DNA from: Massalongia carnosa
Taxonomy: Eukaryota
DNA: 64,000 bases
NCBI GenBank assembly: GCA_965645245.1
Contig: OZ287083.1
Span: forward strand, 620,001 to 684,000
Reading direction: 5' to 3'
Shown here piece after piece: positions 13,409-26,909 of this stretch. A model generated the notes under the pieces. That model saw nothing but the letters and a program-made list of their open reading frames with translations, did not search any database and was not told where the DNA came from. The translations under genes were made by a program, and so were the position numbers. The first letter of the stretch is position 1. Every line of letters begins with the position of its first letter.

Positions 13409-14637
13409 GTTAGGATTAGGCTGAACAAGAGAGCGACCGCTTCCTTTGGGTGAACGGGGCAATAGTAGTTTTTGTGAGATCAGAAGGCTATTATTAGAGT
13501 TTCTGTTCACCTGACGTGAACTATCATCAGTGCTTGTACTTTTTATAGTATCTGGACCCATTTTGTTATTGCGTTTCATGGTACCTTTTCAGTGAAATTG
13601 ATAATGGGAACAATGATAATGTCATTGTTCGCCGGCACGACATCATCAATAGAAGAAAGGATCAAAACAGATAAACGTAAGACTATGTTAAAACCGTCGA
13701 GAAATACGAAAGAATCAAACAAAGATACCATTTCCGGAGAAAACCATCGCTGGAGATGGGCCTGGCTTTGTCAATGTGTTGAATACCCGAGCCGGCGTCA
13801 GGTTCCACCGCATAGGAAGAGGAAACTTAATGAGCCTTCCCTCCCAAGGCAGCTGTGATCTAAAGCGTCATTCTTTTGATCAATAGTCGAAACATTACAG
13901 ACGTACGCAAAAGCAAGGAAGCGCCAAAGAAGGTAACGAAAAGAAAAACAGAGATTGATCCAAACAAGCAGTATGACGAAGCTGGTAGACACTCAATCGG
14001 GCTTCATTTCGTTGGATAAGATGTTTGTGCCACTTCGAAGAGGAAGATGGAAATATATGTTTCGAAAAGAGTCGACAAGTCCACCAGCCGAGTCACCTGA
14101 CCGTTCAAGGTCACCTGACTAGTTAATTCGAGGAAACATACTATCTCTGACCAAAAAAAAACCCCCTTCACAACGACCTGATTATGTTGTCCAGCGTTCC
14201 AAGATCAGTACTGAACATTGTCTGCTCTTCATCTATCAGAAAACACCCCCTATTCCTTTCCCAATTCCAAGAAACTCTATCCCACCACGGGAAGGAAAGA
14301 AGCCATGCCATGACGCGGGACCTCCACTCCCCGAACCTCCCCAAAAAGTAATATCTCAAAACTTCTCTGGATCTTCAAAAAAAAAAACAAACAAAACAAG
14401 AGAGCATATGATACGTAACTCAAGACGACTTCCAAGCCAGTCCCGTCCGTCTTTCTTGTTTCCGCCCCTCGATTGATACTTTTCGTATAAGAAGGACGAT
14501 GAGATCCCTTTCATCTATTCCATTGCATTTCCATCCCATCTTATTCAAATTTACCATCCTTCGCTCCATTCTCAATATCTGTCATTCCTATTTTAATCTA
14601 TTCGCACTGTCTAATCCTTTCATCCCCTAAAACAATA

Positions 14638-15429
14638 ATGGTTCGGCTTCTCCCCCTTTTCCTGCTGGCCCTAAGCCCCTTGGCGCTGCTAGTTAGCGCC
14701 ATGAATGTATGCCCTCCTTATCCTCCCTCTCTGCTGCTGTTCGTTACTGGCAACGTACTAGATTAATGACGAATCCCCCCCCCCCCTTCTCTAACCGGTT
14801 TTCCGAAAATTTCTAGTATGCCACCGCCCCTGTCCCAGTCCCGTCGCGAGCGGAACAACGGCCAAATGCGGGAAATACTATAAACTCAAATCCGTGCGTC
14901 TCCCAAAAATCTCATAAATACCAAAAAAAGAGACCTTTAATTTGTACCCCGACCCGCGGTTTAATTCTCACTTCTTATTCCATGGCATCAGGGCGATACC
15001 TGCAAGCGCATAAGTTACACGCAGAAGATTGACCGGGACCTCTTCAAATCCATCAACCCCTCCATCACCGCCCGCTGCAGGAACCTCCACCCAGGCACCT
15101 ACTACTGCGTGCAACTGACCAAGGACTGGAACGCCCCTCCTTCTCCACTCGCACCAGCTACAGTACTTGAGTGCTACGAGTTGAGTCTTCCCCCCTTTTT
15201 GATCCACAAACAGTCAAAAGCCCGAAAGCAGCTAACGCGACACCTTACGCTGCGCCACAGCTTCTACTTCGGCGCAAAGGACGACACATGCGACACGATC
15301 GGGGCCCGATACAGCCTCCCGCGCGCGCAGCTGCTGGCGCTGAACCTGCACCTGACCGATTGCGAGACGCTGGTGCCAGGCGACACTTACTGCACCAGTG
15401 GCGCGGAGGTCCCGTCCGCTAAGGCTTGA
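14638..15429 (+). CDS. Small secreted LysM-domain protein (two Cys-containing fungal LysM domains)
   Basis: Signal peptide MVRLLPLFLLALSPLALLVSA; LysM1 CGKYYKLKSGDTCKRISYTQKIDRDLFKSINPSITARCRNLHPGTYYCV (intron 14894-14991); LysM2 CYDFYFGAKDDTCDTIGARYSLPRAQLLALNLHLTDCETLVPGDTYC. The phase of intron 1 is problematic (see findings). Confidence 0.85.
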
Positions 15430-15916
15430 AAAGGAATCGCGGGGGGGTATGTGGCCTTTCGGGTTAGGGTGAGAAGGGTGGGTTGGCGAGAAAGGGCGGG
15501 GGGGGAGATGGGGACGTGGGGTTGCGTTGTAACTGTAAAAACAATCCAAAAATGGAATTCCCCCAATGAACCCTGGTGTTGTATGAAATAAATAAAATCG
15601 CTAAGATAGCTTGTGAGGAAGCCTCTTCGAGATAGAAGACATGAAGATTGTGTGGGGGCGGATGTAGAAACTCATTAGGGAAAAGGGACTTCGTCGGGAT
15701 TGTAGAAGGATGCGTCTGTGACCATGTGAGGGAACGATCGATTCAGGAAGCTTGCTTTGGTTCGTTCCGCTACCTATCTACCTCCGTCGTCTTGGCGATC
15801 TGACGGATCCCCACCATTTTTTAGCACGGGCAGGGAGGCGGGCAGTCCGAGCTACTCTCGTTCTTGACTACACGATGAACCTCTCTTCCACCCCAAGCCT
15901 CGGTTGCCGATCATGC

Positions 15917-18388
15917 CTACTTCGCCCCCGAGGTAAATAACTGAAACAGCTTGAAAAATTGCACCTCGGCCTTAACTCCCTGCGCGGCAATATCGACTGA
16001 TGTCTGGAATAGCTGTGCGCCCGTAAGCTCGACAGTGGTGAGGGACGAGTAAAGGGAAAATGGTCCGGCGCGGCCGATATTTTGGAGTTTCGAGGTGGTG
16101 GTATCGATTAGAGGGTTGAAGGATCCTTTCTGCGAAGTGGGGAATTTGATCGTTGCGTCTAGGACGATGGGATTGTAGTCGTCTCGAAGCTTTGTGGAGT
16201 TAGGTAAAGTATAAGAAGTACTGTTTGAAGGAGATGGAGGGGTCGGAGGGAAAGAAAGCGAGGCATGCAGAGGGGAATTTCCGATGGGGTCACTCACAGC
16301 GGCGGTAATATTAAACGTCCATTTCACAGGCTTAAGGAAATTCGGGCCGAAAGTAGCAAAGCCTGGGGAGATGGACGAGAGCGAGTACGCAACGAACAAA
16401 GAGTCTTGCAGCGGAAGCCTCTCGTTTTGAACACTCACCCCGGATAGACCCGAGGATGCCGGAAACTTGAGAGAGACGGGGTAGGAATGGGCAGGCCCGA
16501 AGATGTTGGTGCCGGCATCCGCGTTGGGGTCACGTTTCGCGTCGATTGAAATTTTAGAATCGTCTCCGGACCTGCTGATTAGAGAGACCCTGGACAGGGA
16601 GTCAGCACGTTAGAATTTGTGACGGCCATGAGACGACTCACTTCAAACTATCAGGTGCAGGGCCCCGGTTATCTTTATCAAGGTACTATTATTGGTCAAT
16701 ATTGATTGCTTCACCGTGACATGGAAGAGGTTCTTGCCCTAAGGGTGGACGAAAGCTTCAAATCTCCGTTCCAGGCAACGCTGAGCGTGGTGTTGAATAA
16801 CTTCAAAAGCGCGGGTTCGATTGCCGGACTCAGAGACACTCTTTCGGGTACCGTCTGATGTTGGTTAGCTTGAGACGTAACTCCAAGGGGTAATGACCAA
16901 CATCGATCATACGCGCGATGAGCGTCGAGCAGGTTGATGCAAATTCATCGGCTGAACGTCCGAGTCTAGCAAGGTTCCTTAGCCAGATCCGAAATATAGA
17001 TTCCGAGTACACTTACCTTTTCATGGTCTCATTCTTGTCTGACTCAAAAAGGCGAAGGTCGGAGGCCACAGTCTTGTTAGAAGTCGTGACAAGAGGACCA
17101 CCTTGCTTTCCAGTTCCTGTCAAGTACTCGTTGACTCTGCGGCTCGTAAGAATGTACCCTTTGGAAACATCATTGAGACTAACGTCTTCACATCAAACAC
17201 CGCAACCGACTCATCAAAGTCCGCCCGGCCATCGGTGTTGGTAGCCGAAACAGCAGCTTCGTTTACTGCAATGTCTGATTAGTTACGACCCTTTGTTTTC
17301 TATTCAAAAAGCGACAAGGTGTAGGCCAGTAGAATGATCTATTACTTGTCGAATCCAAGCGGTGAACATACCAACTTGAGGGAAATTATGATGGTGAACG
17401 CTGAACGCTGATTAGCATGAGGCTTTTGGAGAATTGCTTCTCGGGTTCGTCGCTCACCCTCCCATGGAGTGTCCACATGCTGTTAGCGCTATGGTGTCGG
17501 CCTTGTTAAAACCGGCGGCTTGGAACTTGCTGAATGTTGTATCAAGGTCTGTTTCGGGCTCACAAACCCCTGCAGGCCCTGCAGACGTAGCATCGATACG
17601 GCCCCCCCGAAGAGGGACATAGGGACCCCCACAGCTCGCGATGGATATAACAGCACCCAATGCGATGATATCCGCCACTGCCTAATGGTTAAAACTATGA
17701 TGGTCAAGGTCTGGTAGGCCCATACATACTCGACACAGCCGCGTTCACAAAGAAGGAGAAGAAGAAAATAGAATCAGGTATCCCGGGCCCCACATTTTCG
17801 GGCCGGGCTGTCTCGTAACCTACAGACGCATCGAGGCCCCCAGTTCTAGCAGCGACGTTGGCGGTGGCGAAGTCATCTGTGAAAGGTTAGAGGTATTCCT
17901 TTCGTGTCGCTACTCAAGTAATGCATAAGCAAATGAAAAATTTAAAGGGCAAGAAACGCCCCAGAGTTTGATTTTTTGATCATATGGATGAATTTTGGAC
18001 TTTAATGCTTTTCAATGCTGCTGAAAAGAGTTGTGATATGATTTGCGCTAAAACCCGCGTAACGGATAGACCAATACAAAAATTTAATCATATCGAAATC
18101 ATGTAACTTACGAAAAGCGGTACGGATCCATTGGGCAGCTGTTTGTCGTCCAAGAGGGTTGTTTGGGGTTTCTACCCCAGTGGTGGAATCCGTATAGGCG
18201 GTACAGGGTGTGACGCCAATGGACATTCCAGCAGCATTTGCGCCGCCAAAGTTGATGAGAAGGTTCTCGAGTTCCTCTATCATCAAACTTTGGCGGTCTG
18301 GGATTCTTTGACCGACCGTAATACCTATTATGGCAAGACATAGGCAAAGCTTGAAAAAGGAAGTGAGAAAGCAAAGAGCTAGTGCCAT
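15917..18388 (-). CDS. Secreted heme peroxidase, peroxidase-catalase superfamily, hybrid-B-like (multi-exon)
   Basis: Signal peptide; distal motif AAQWIRTAFHD; GGLDASV.YE..RPEN; SMADIIALG...CGG...GGRIDA; proximal ACGHSMGGVH; SDLRLFESD.NETM; RMIDTVP. The spliced frame is continuous to TAG at 15917. Confidence 0.88.
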
Positions 18389-19800
18389 GATGAATCGACA
18401 ATTCGACGGTTCGATGGTCAACGGTTGGTAGACTTGCTGATAGGCTTGCTGATGAGGTAGCAGCTGGACGAGAAGAAAAGAACAATGCCACCAGCTGTTT
18501 AAATATAAGAAATAAGCCTCTCTAGAACTTGAAGATTCGGAGAAAATGCCCGTTTCGATCCTCCCTTGCTGTCCGACGCAAAAAGAAAAGCTGTGGCAAT
18601 CAACGTTAGTCACACAAGAACGTGGATAGGCTAGCTTAGGGCTGACAGAACAAACGAGAGACTTGACAAAGGGATTTGGGATGATCCTCACCAAATTGAT
18701 TGCTTGATCGTGGGATCAGTCGATTGGATCAGTCTGGATCGATATAGAGTACGTTGATTCGGTCAACGGCAAGCCCCAAATCCAATTGATCTACTCGGCC
18801 GCAGGATTGGCTTTCAAGCTGCGTTTGTTGGACATACACGTCTGCAAGGTCATGCCTAATGGCCATGCAGGCAGTCATCGGATCAAGCAGCTCCGGGAAT
18901 TTTTAGCGAACGTTGTCGTGTGGTTAGGCATGTTAGTTGATTGTTGTCCCTACTCTGTACTATATCCTTGGCTTGGGGCAAGCGTAAGTAGGATTTAGAA
19001 GCGCGCCAAGTTGATGCCTGGAGCTAAAAGATGCATAAGAAAAGCAACAAAGAATCCTCCCAGATAACGGTTATTTCTCATAGAGATCATTTCGGGCAGA
19101 ACTCAGCGTACAGAGTACAGAGTACAAAGTACAAAGTCCGGAGCGCTTTGTGTGAAGCTGATTTCTGCTCATCGTGCCTGTGTGCTTGGCGAGTCGGCAG
19201 TAACTCGACATCCCCAATTTCCTTCGCTTATCGAGACTCTTTGCAGTTGGTCGACTTTGTGTTGAATTTTGGCATTATTTCTTGCCAAGTCATCATGAAG
19301 GGTGAACACCTTTCTGTTGACCAGTCATGTTAAATCACGCAAGGTGAGGCTGAGGCAATATTGACAGAAGGAACAAACAAGTCGGGAACGTGAAGCTAGA
19401 TCAAGTGTACGCTAACAAGCTGAATGCCCTAAGTGAATGACTTAGCGGGGGGCTAACGTACAACGCTAGTTTAGTAAGCGAGACTTCTCTTAGTTCGGGA
19501 GGATGTGACGGGGACAAGGGTAAATAAAAGCTAAAATTTCCAGCTTAGCCGAAGAAGCTTCGGCACTCAGCATCAACGACTAAAAAGGTATCCTATAGTC
19601 ATTTATCCACTTCTTTGATTCATCTAACCGACTGGTCGTGTCCCGGCTGCGCAGCACTGAGGCCTCTGGATGAAAGGACTGTCTATGGAGTCAGTCATTT
19701 GCGGCCGCCGTCGATGAGTCTACCTTCCGCTTTCCAGCATAATAGTGGTGCTACTCGGATGATGGAGCCGCTATCTGACCACGGAAAAGCTCGGGTTCCC

Positions 19801-19851
19801 GTCATACCGTCATACTGTCATACTGTCATACCGTCATACCGTCATACCGTC
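19801..19851. repeat. 8-bp tandem repeat (GTCATACY) x6.4
   Basis: Read directly from the sequence. Confidence 0.95.
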
Positions 19852-22779
19852 GATAACTAGCGAGCAGCTTCCGAGTAGCGACTCCACAGATGAGAGTTAA
19901 GATGCCTATCCTGAGGCTCCTGGAATTTTTGAAGATGGGAAAATAGTTTTAACCACGCCTGTTTGCTATCTGGTGAGTTAAGCAAGGATTCGGCCCACCA
20001 ACGATGAAATCGAGAGTAACTCATAGTGATGTTGGAAGTGTTGTTGTTGGTTCAATCCAACAGCCTCGGACCTGTTCACCAAATGCACAGATCTTGACTG
20101 ACAATCATTGTATGATTTTATGCGTGAACAGAGGATTATATAATCTTGCACATGGCAACAAAGCGAAAATAAATAGATTCGGTACATACTGGTACATACT
20201 CTCTCCTATTCTTTGCTAATCAACTTTACAGGATTCATGGTGACATGGAAATATTAGGTGTGTATCTATGACGCAAAGCTTATTGCAATCAACGGAATTC
20301 TCTCGGCAATGCTGGGGTCAGACTCGTGTTGTCAGATGCTTCGACGAGTTCTCATGCAGCTGTGCTATATTTGAATATTTCACCCAAGGAGTGGTATTCG
20401 CCTAGATCTTCCTTGCATTCTCCACGTTCGTGATGCAGGTAGATTCATTGCCCCGTTGGTTCGCATGTCACGGATCCCTATATTCGCCGAAACCAGCAGT
20501 ATTGAGACTGGAATAACCGATCCGTCATCTTGCCTTTAATGAGGTTCTCTGATCGGACAGGAAATCGGACAGCGCAGGTCGAAAAGGGAGGGTTCGTGGC
20601 GTTGTAGATCTTATGGCAAAAATTTCCTCTATAAATCAAACCCGCTGCATATGCCAGATCTGAAATACTTTGATTTATATAACAAGTGATTTATGCGGTT
20701 ATGAGAATACAGCTCCCGATATCTGCTGCTCCATTGTATCTGCATATTGGGCATTACTTGCCAATCAAGTTGTCTCTATATTCACATATAGCCAATCATG
20801 CGGGAGGCCGTGAGAGGAGGAGGATGATTTGCGGGGAACTCTTTGCGCCTCGCTTTTGGAGATGGCATTTCTTTGTCTCAACGTACTGCCGATACGGTTG
20901 TTGCTCATAATACTCTCCTCTTTTCAACCATTAATTTACATATAAAATATGAATGGTGTCTATTGAGGGGGAAGATTCATGGCGAAACGATTCGTCTCTC
21001 ATCTACGGACGAGTAAGGCTAACCTAGAGAAGCTAAGAGAGCGAGACTAACGTTCACCTTAACTACTATGTAGTTAGTTAGCGTGCTAGGCACCTTAACT
21101 GAACGGCAAAAACGGGTTAATTGCTGGCCTAGCCTTTTAAGAGCAGAGGTATTGTATTGTACGGAGTACCAGGGTACCTGCCGGGGGATGTGTGAACCTG
21201 GCTCCGTGTTCCTTGCAGTTTACAGCTTACAGGACGAGCAGGTAATCATCTGTTGGGCGTGACCTTCGCTCCGCTTAATGCGAACTAACGGTGAATACGA
21301 AGTACATGTTTGTACTGTGTACTCTGTAGTTGATGTTGACAGGTCGTGTCTAACTAGTCCGTTCGGCATCTCTAGCGTATCCGATGCATATTAGCTGGAG
21401 GAACCCTTGGAAAAGCCACGAGACATACGGAACGCGTGTACTGTGTACTCCGTACAAGGTACCAATGCTGCCGAGGGAATTTGATAAGTTAATTTTATCC
21501 CGCGGCTTGTGGAGAGACAGTTGGCATTGCTCCTTTCGATCCTCCTGGCCGCGGGAGGCTAGCTCCTCCACCACGAAGCGGCGAGGACAAAGTCTAAGTA
21601 TGTTTCCTTAGCCCTGGCTTGTTAGCCTCATATTAGATGCAGCAAAGCCAACTCCTCTTAGGTCCGGGCCAATCGATATGCCGAGTCGACAATATGCTAC
21701 CTATCCTACGTGACGAGTTCTAGATATTCTAGAGCACGAATCATGAAACGATGACATGAGCTGGGGGCCATGTGCGATTGCAGAAGCGCGCTCGTGGAGT
21801 TGACTGTGTAGAGGGGATCGTCACAGACTCAAGATTATGACTCATATGCTGATGACCACCGGTGGTCTTCGATCCGAACGTCTCCGAGCGGGGTTCGCTG
21901 ATATATAAGACAAAGAGCCCTCATTTACCCCCAAGGTAAGATCAATGTGTGACGCACCTTGTTTTGTTTACGATCTGGATCTGGATCGGTTTTCACGTGG
22001 AACCTTTCGTGGAGTCCGAGTCAGTCTCTGCTGAAGTATTGGGACCGTTAAGCATTGATATTGGTAGGCCATCAAGCTACCTAAGGGGAGGTAGAGGGTA
22101 TCTAGACACCCAATCCTTGGTAGTTGCGTTATGCATACACTGCCTTGTTTTCCACATCGATCTCTTATTCCATGATATGAAATGTACTTACTACCTACCT
22201 CTGAGTAGATAGATGGGCAGGTATCTGCTTCATGTTTCATGCTTTCTGTTTTTAAGGGTTGTTTTCCGTTTATTGTTTTTCATTTTTCATTTTTCATTTT
22301 TTTCCCTCATACTTCTAGTTATTTCAAATCTGAAACGGGTTCTAGGTTATCTAATGAAAATAGCCACCATCATCAATTCTCGGTTTCTCCAATGGGCCCA
22401 TGTCGCGTTGATTGCTTTTACATTCTTTGTCGCATTCTTGCATCTGGTGATGCATTGGTGCTTTGGTGCCATGGTCCGGCATGTCTCGCGTGTCTCACTT
22501 GTCTTTCTTTCGGTGTGACGACCCACACGAGCCTCAAACAATGAACAAAGAACAACATGACACCGCCACCCCGGCATCAGGAAGTAAAAGTGGATTTTTC
22601 GACCTAAACGGCCCAAATGGCCTAAAAGGGCCGAAGTGATGAGATAACCGTCCGCAAGCAAGCAACTGCGACAGTTTAGCCCCATTGCTCCATCTCTTTC
22701 GTCCAACCGTAGATTTGCCTTAGGGTTCAATCAGACCCACCAGAACAAAGGATCAGGTTCGGAAAGCCGTCAATAAACC

Positions 22780-22824
22780 CCAGTTGTCCAGTTGTTCAGT
22801 TGTCCAGTTGTCCAGTTGTCCAGT
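22780..22824. repeat. 8-bp tandem repeat (CCAGTTGT) x5.6, about 200 bp upstream of the HMG-box gene
   Basis: Read directly from the sequence. Confidence 0.95.
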
Positions 22825-23029
22825 AAAATACCGACCGGACGTAATGGGAATGGGAAAGAAGAGTCGATGGCTACAAAGAGACCGACCGGTCTCTTCGCAT
22901 TCCATCGCGCACTGACAATCCTTTACCCTTTATCCTTTATCCTTTTCATGAACCGACTCTTTGAGAGCGTCAAAGAGGAGCCTTCGTCTCACTACCTTTT
23001 CGTCTTTCGCCTTTAATGCCTCTTACCCA

Positions 23030-25373
23030 ATGTCCTACCATCGAGTTCTCCCTCCTCTTCCATCTTCTACAGCTCCCAACAGCGCCACTCCATGTATCCT
23101 TGCGCAGCATTCTCTTCAACAACAGCCCACCATCATGCTCAATCACCCATCCAACGCCATCGTCGATAGAACTAGGAGCCTGAAATTGTCGCAAAAGAAC
23201 TTGTCACCAGTGCCAGAACCCGGGCCAGTCTCACCAGACGTCGATTCTTTGGAAGATTATGTAGAATCACCAAGGGACCGGACCCGTTCATCATCGCAGG
23301 CGTCCAGCGGAGAGATTCCACATGAAGACAAGCACTTGCCTGTCGTACCCAAACCAGGTGCCGTATCGTGGCAAGGAGAATCTCCCAGTCAAATCTGTCT
23401 CTGCCAGCCAGATCCCAAGGTACCACGACCGAGAAACGGTACGTTTTCGGACCTGGGGCCATCCCAATGACAGAAATCCTTACTTGCGCTCAAAAGCCTT
23501 CTCTTTGCTCCTTGTGTGGATGCATGTAGCTGATCTTTGAGTAGCCTTTATCCTCTATCGCCAACACCATCAAGCAAACGTAGTAGCACAGAACCCTGGC
23601 CTTGCAAATCCAGAGATCTCAAAAGTCATAGGAGATCATTGGAGGTCATCGCCAGAAGAAGTGAAACAGCACTGGAAAATACTTGCAGAGGTATACTGTG
23701 GCCTGTCCTTCTGGTCAAGCCGTGCTAAGCCATTTTCGTAGGAGGAAAAACTTCGCCACCAAAAACAGTACCCCGATTACAGGTACCAGCCGCGTCGTAC
23801 TGTTAGACATAACAGCCTCTCCAAACCCGCCGCACACAACCCCTTAGCTGAGGCAGAGGACCGTAGGTGCCCAAAGTGCGGAGGCCGAAGCATCACTACA
23901 CCTACGAGCGTGATGATTACCCCTAGTCACTCGGCGGCTAGCCCTCCCGGTACGTATTTTTCACCCAACAAGCCTCCTTCGACCCCCTCTACAGGCTCGA
24001 GTGCCCATCGCTTCCTTCACAACCTGGGGAGCCCTTATCTCAGCTCAGCCACGCCGGGATTTCATGTTAGGTCCACCACCTCCAGCAACGCGTCCTCGCT
24101 CCCACTAGGAAGCCCGCGTTTCAAACGCCCCGACTCGGCTGATTTCCCGCTCAGTCCGGACCCCAAGCGCCGCCGCGCGAACGGGACTTACAACCCCATC
24201 CGCGCGCCGAATGGCCAAGCAATCCCTTTCCCCTTCCATCAACGGCGCCAGGAATCCCTTCCACGCCCGGACTTCATGCCGTCCCAGAGCAGTACCTTTA
24301 CCATGGCGCCCCCTCCGCGCCCTCACCCCCATCATCTCGACTCTTCCCTCACCCTGCCGCCTCTTCAAACCTCCCCCACGACCCTCGACTCCCCTGCCTC
24401 AGCGCAGGCTAAATCCCTCGAGGCGATGGTCATGTCCATCCCCATCCTCAACAAGATCCGCGTCCTCGCCAAGATCTCCCCCCCGCTGGCCCCGCCCGGT
24501 CCCACCTCGCCCGCGCACCGCACCCGTGGCTTCGTCATCGCAATCGACGGCTTTGACCTAGCTTCGGTGTTGCAAATCACCGACGCGCTCTCCAGCGCGC
24601 TCACGGTCCACCACCCGGTGCGCGTCTTCCGTGGGCCAGCCCCCTTCCCCGCCTTGAAAACCGCCCCGAGAACCGCCGGCGGTGACGACTTTCCAAGCTA
24701 CCTCGGCATCATTTCACAATACCATACCCTCTCCTCGGAGATCGCGTCTTACATCACCACCCCGCCCTCCCTCCCGTCCTCTTCCCCACCTGCATCTCCT
24801 CTCTCTCCAAAAACTCTGCCGGCAACAAAACCAACCACCCGCTCCGTCGCGGCTTCTCAGCAACAGCAACAGCAACAGCAACGCCCAACCACACCGCCCA
24901 CCGCGGTAGTAGTCAAAACGACAGCAACTCCTCCAGGCGTCCCCATCGCCCTGGTGCCTTCCTTCCAGCTCTCGCACACGGACGCCTCCGCCTCACGCGT
25001 TCCAATCGCGGACGCCTACGCTCCCGTCGATCACTGGCAGTGGATGGCGACGCTGTGGCGCGGGGTCGTTGGCCCAGACGTCACCATCGCCGTGCTCCCC
25101 GCGTCGCCCATGGGCGTGCCGAGCAGTAGCGGGGTGCGAAAGGCTCCGATCACGGGTAGCGGCAGCGGGAGTTTGGGCGGGAAAGGTGCTGGAGGTTCTT
25201 CTTCTTCTTCGAAAGGAGGGGGAGGTGGTGTGGAAGTGCGGTTGGAGGATGCAAGGGCTATAGTGGTGAAAGGGGATGGAGGGGGCGTTGGGGAGGGGAT
25301 GTTGCGGAGGGTGGGGTTCGAGGTGAGTGAGTGGGTCAGGGGAAAGGAGGAAGGAGGGAGGCGGGGAAGTTAA
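23030..25373 (+). CDS. HMG-box transcription factor, Rox1/Rfg1-like (3 exons)
   Basis: Spliced HMG box PKVPRPRNAFILYRQHHQANVVAQNPGLANPEISKVIGDHWRS...EEKLRHQKQYPDYRYQPRR; CPKCGG; C-terminal motifs KIRVLAKISPP, DHWQWMATLWRG, LRRVGFEVSEW. Confidence 0.9.
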
Positions 25374-25805
25374 GGGGGAAAGGGGAGCGGAGGAGTTGAG
25401 AGTGGATGTAGGTAGGGTACAGCTGTGTGGCGGTTTCTTCTTTTTGTGTTGCTTTTTTTATGTAGGATTTCCCTCTAAGCGTTTCTATTTTCCAACGTAT
25501 TGCTCATTCACGGGAGTTTTTGCGAGCAGCGAGTCTCGGATCTTTCGCTTCTCGATCCTCGATCCTTCAAGTAAATATCCATCTCCCTCCTTTCCCTATA
25601 GCCGGGTGAGTGAGTAACAATGATTAGATGGATGATTAGATGGATGGATGGATGGAGAGTATATTATGCAAAACCTCCCAGTTGAGTAAAAATAAACCTG
25701 CCTGCTGCGGTTGTCTGATGGTCGTATGTGGGTAGGTTTTCATCTTTCAAAGCTTGCTCCCCTCACTCTTTAGCCGGCTCGCTCCAACGCTCCAACGGCC
25801 CAAAC

Positions 25806-26909
25806 TCACAACTTTCTCAGGTCCAGCAAGACCTCCTCAAAGTCGTCCGCGTCCACTTTTCCGCTCGTGAGGCCGTCCACCCACCGTCTTCGTCCGCTTT
25901 CACGGTCGTTTTCGCGTTCGCGTTCGCGTTCGCGTTCATACAAGGGCGGTGACGGGGAGAGGTTCAGGCAGCCTCGGTCGGTGAGGACGGAGAATATACA
26001 GCCAGCTGCTACGGCGCGGGGAGGGAAGAGAAGGGAGAGGGTGGGGGATTTGCAACTGGGTTTAGAGGTGGCACTTGAGTCAGCCGTTTTGGCAGCCTCT
26101 TTGTAGGTTTTTGTATTGATGGGTACTGGGTGAAGTTTTGGGAGGATAGGGGTCAAGGCAAAGGGGTTGAAGAGTTTAACTTACGCTTCGACAGCCTTAG
26201 CGCGACACGCCCTCCCAACCCCCGTCTCCATCCTCTCCACGACCCCATACTCCTCCCTCGCCTCGGTCCCCCAGCTCTCGTACTCCTCAACCCCTTGCGC
26301 CCCCCGGGGCCCCATTACCATCTCGTCCAGCGCGCGCGCGAGATAGCGGTCTAGGAAGTCGAGCGGAGTGGGCACGCGCAGGGTGAAGGCAAGGGCGCGG
26401 AGGAGGATGAGTTCAGCGCGAACGAGGGTGGAGCGAAGGAGGTCGTAGGTTGCGGAGGGGATTTCGAGGGGGGGTTGAGAGTGAGGGGGAGGGTGGTTTG
26501 AGTGGTGATGGAGAAGGCGGTGGGCGGGGAGAAGGAGTTCGCGGAGGCGACGCGGGGACTCGGTGGCTTTGGAGGCGAGGGAGAGGGTTGCTAGGGCAAG
26601 GGTCTGAGAGGTGAGGGGAAGAGGGGGAGGGTTGGTGTTAGACTCTTTTTCATTTATAATTTCGAGAGGTTCTATTGCGGAGGATGGGGAGACGGACGTA
26701 CGAGTCTAAGAGATCTGGGGCACGGGTGGAGGCGTGAAATCTTTTGTATTTATTTAGGTAGATGTAGGCCGTTGCGAGGGCTTCGTCCGGTCTTTTGGGA
26801 GTGAAGCAATCAGTTGGTGAACAAGAGAAAGGGAAAGGTTTGAGACTGACAGACGCAAGATGTCGGCCAATGCGTCGGTGAAGGGGAGTGGATGGATTAA
26901 TGCTGACAT
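25806..26909 (-). CDS. Transcriptional cyclin-like protein (cyclin K/L/T-related fold), 4 exons
   Basis: EALATAYIYLNKY, LALATLSLASKATESPRRLRELL, LVRAELILLRALAFTLRVPTPLDFLDRYL, FPPRAVAAGCI are cyclin-box-like helices. Confidence 0.8.

Noticed and set aside
16810..16830. tRNA T-loop-like GGTTCGA
   Set aside because: Lies in a peroxidase exon, with no cloverleaf or A-box.
23030..25373. HMG-box gene as mating-type MAT1-2-1
   Set aside because: The long C-terminal region and box sequence are Rox1/Rfg1-like, and no APN2 or SLA2 neighbours are present.
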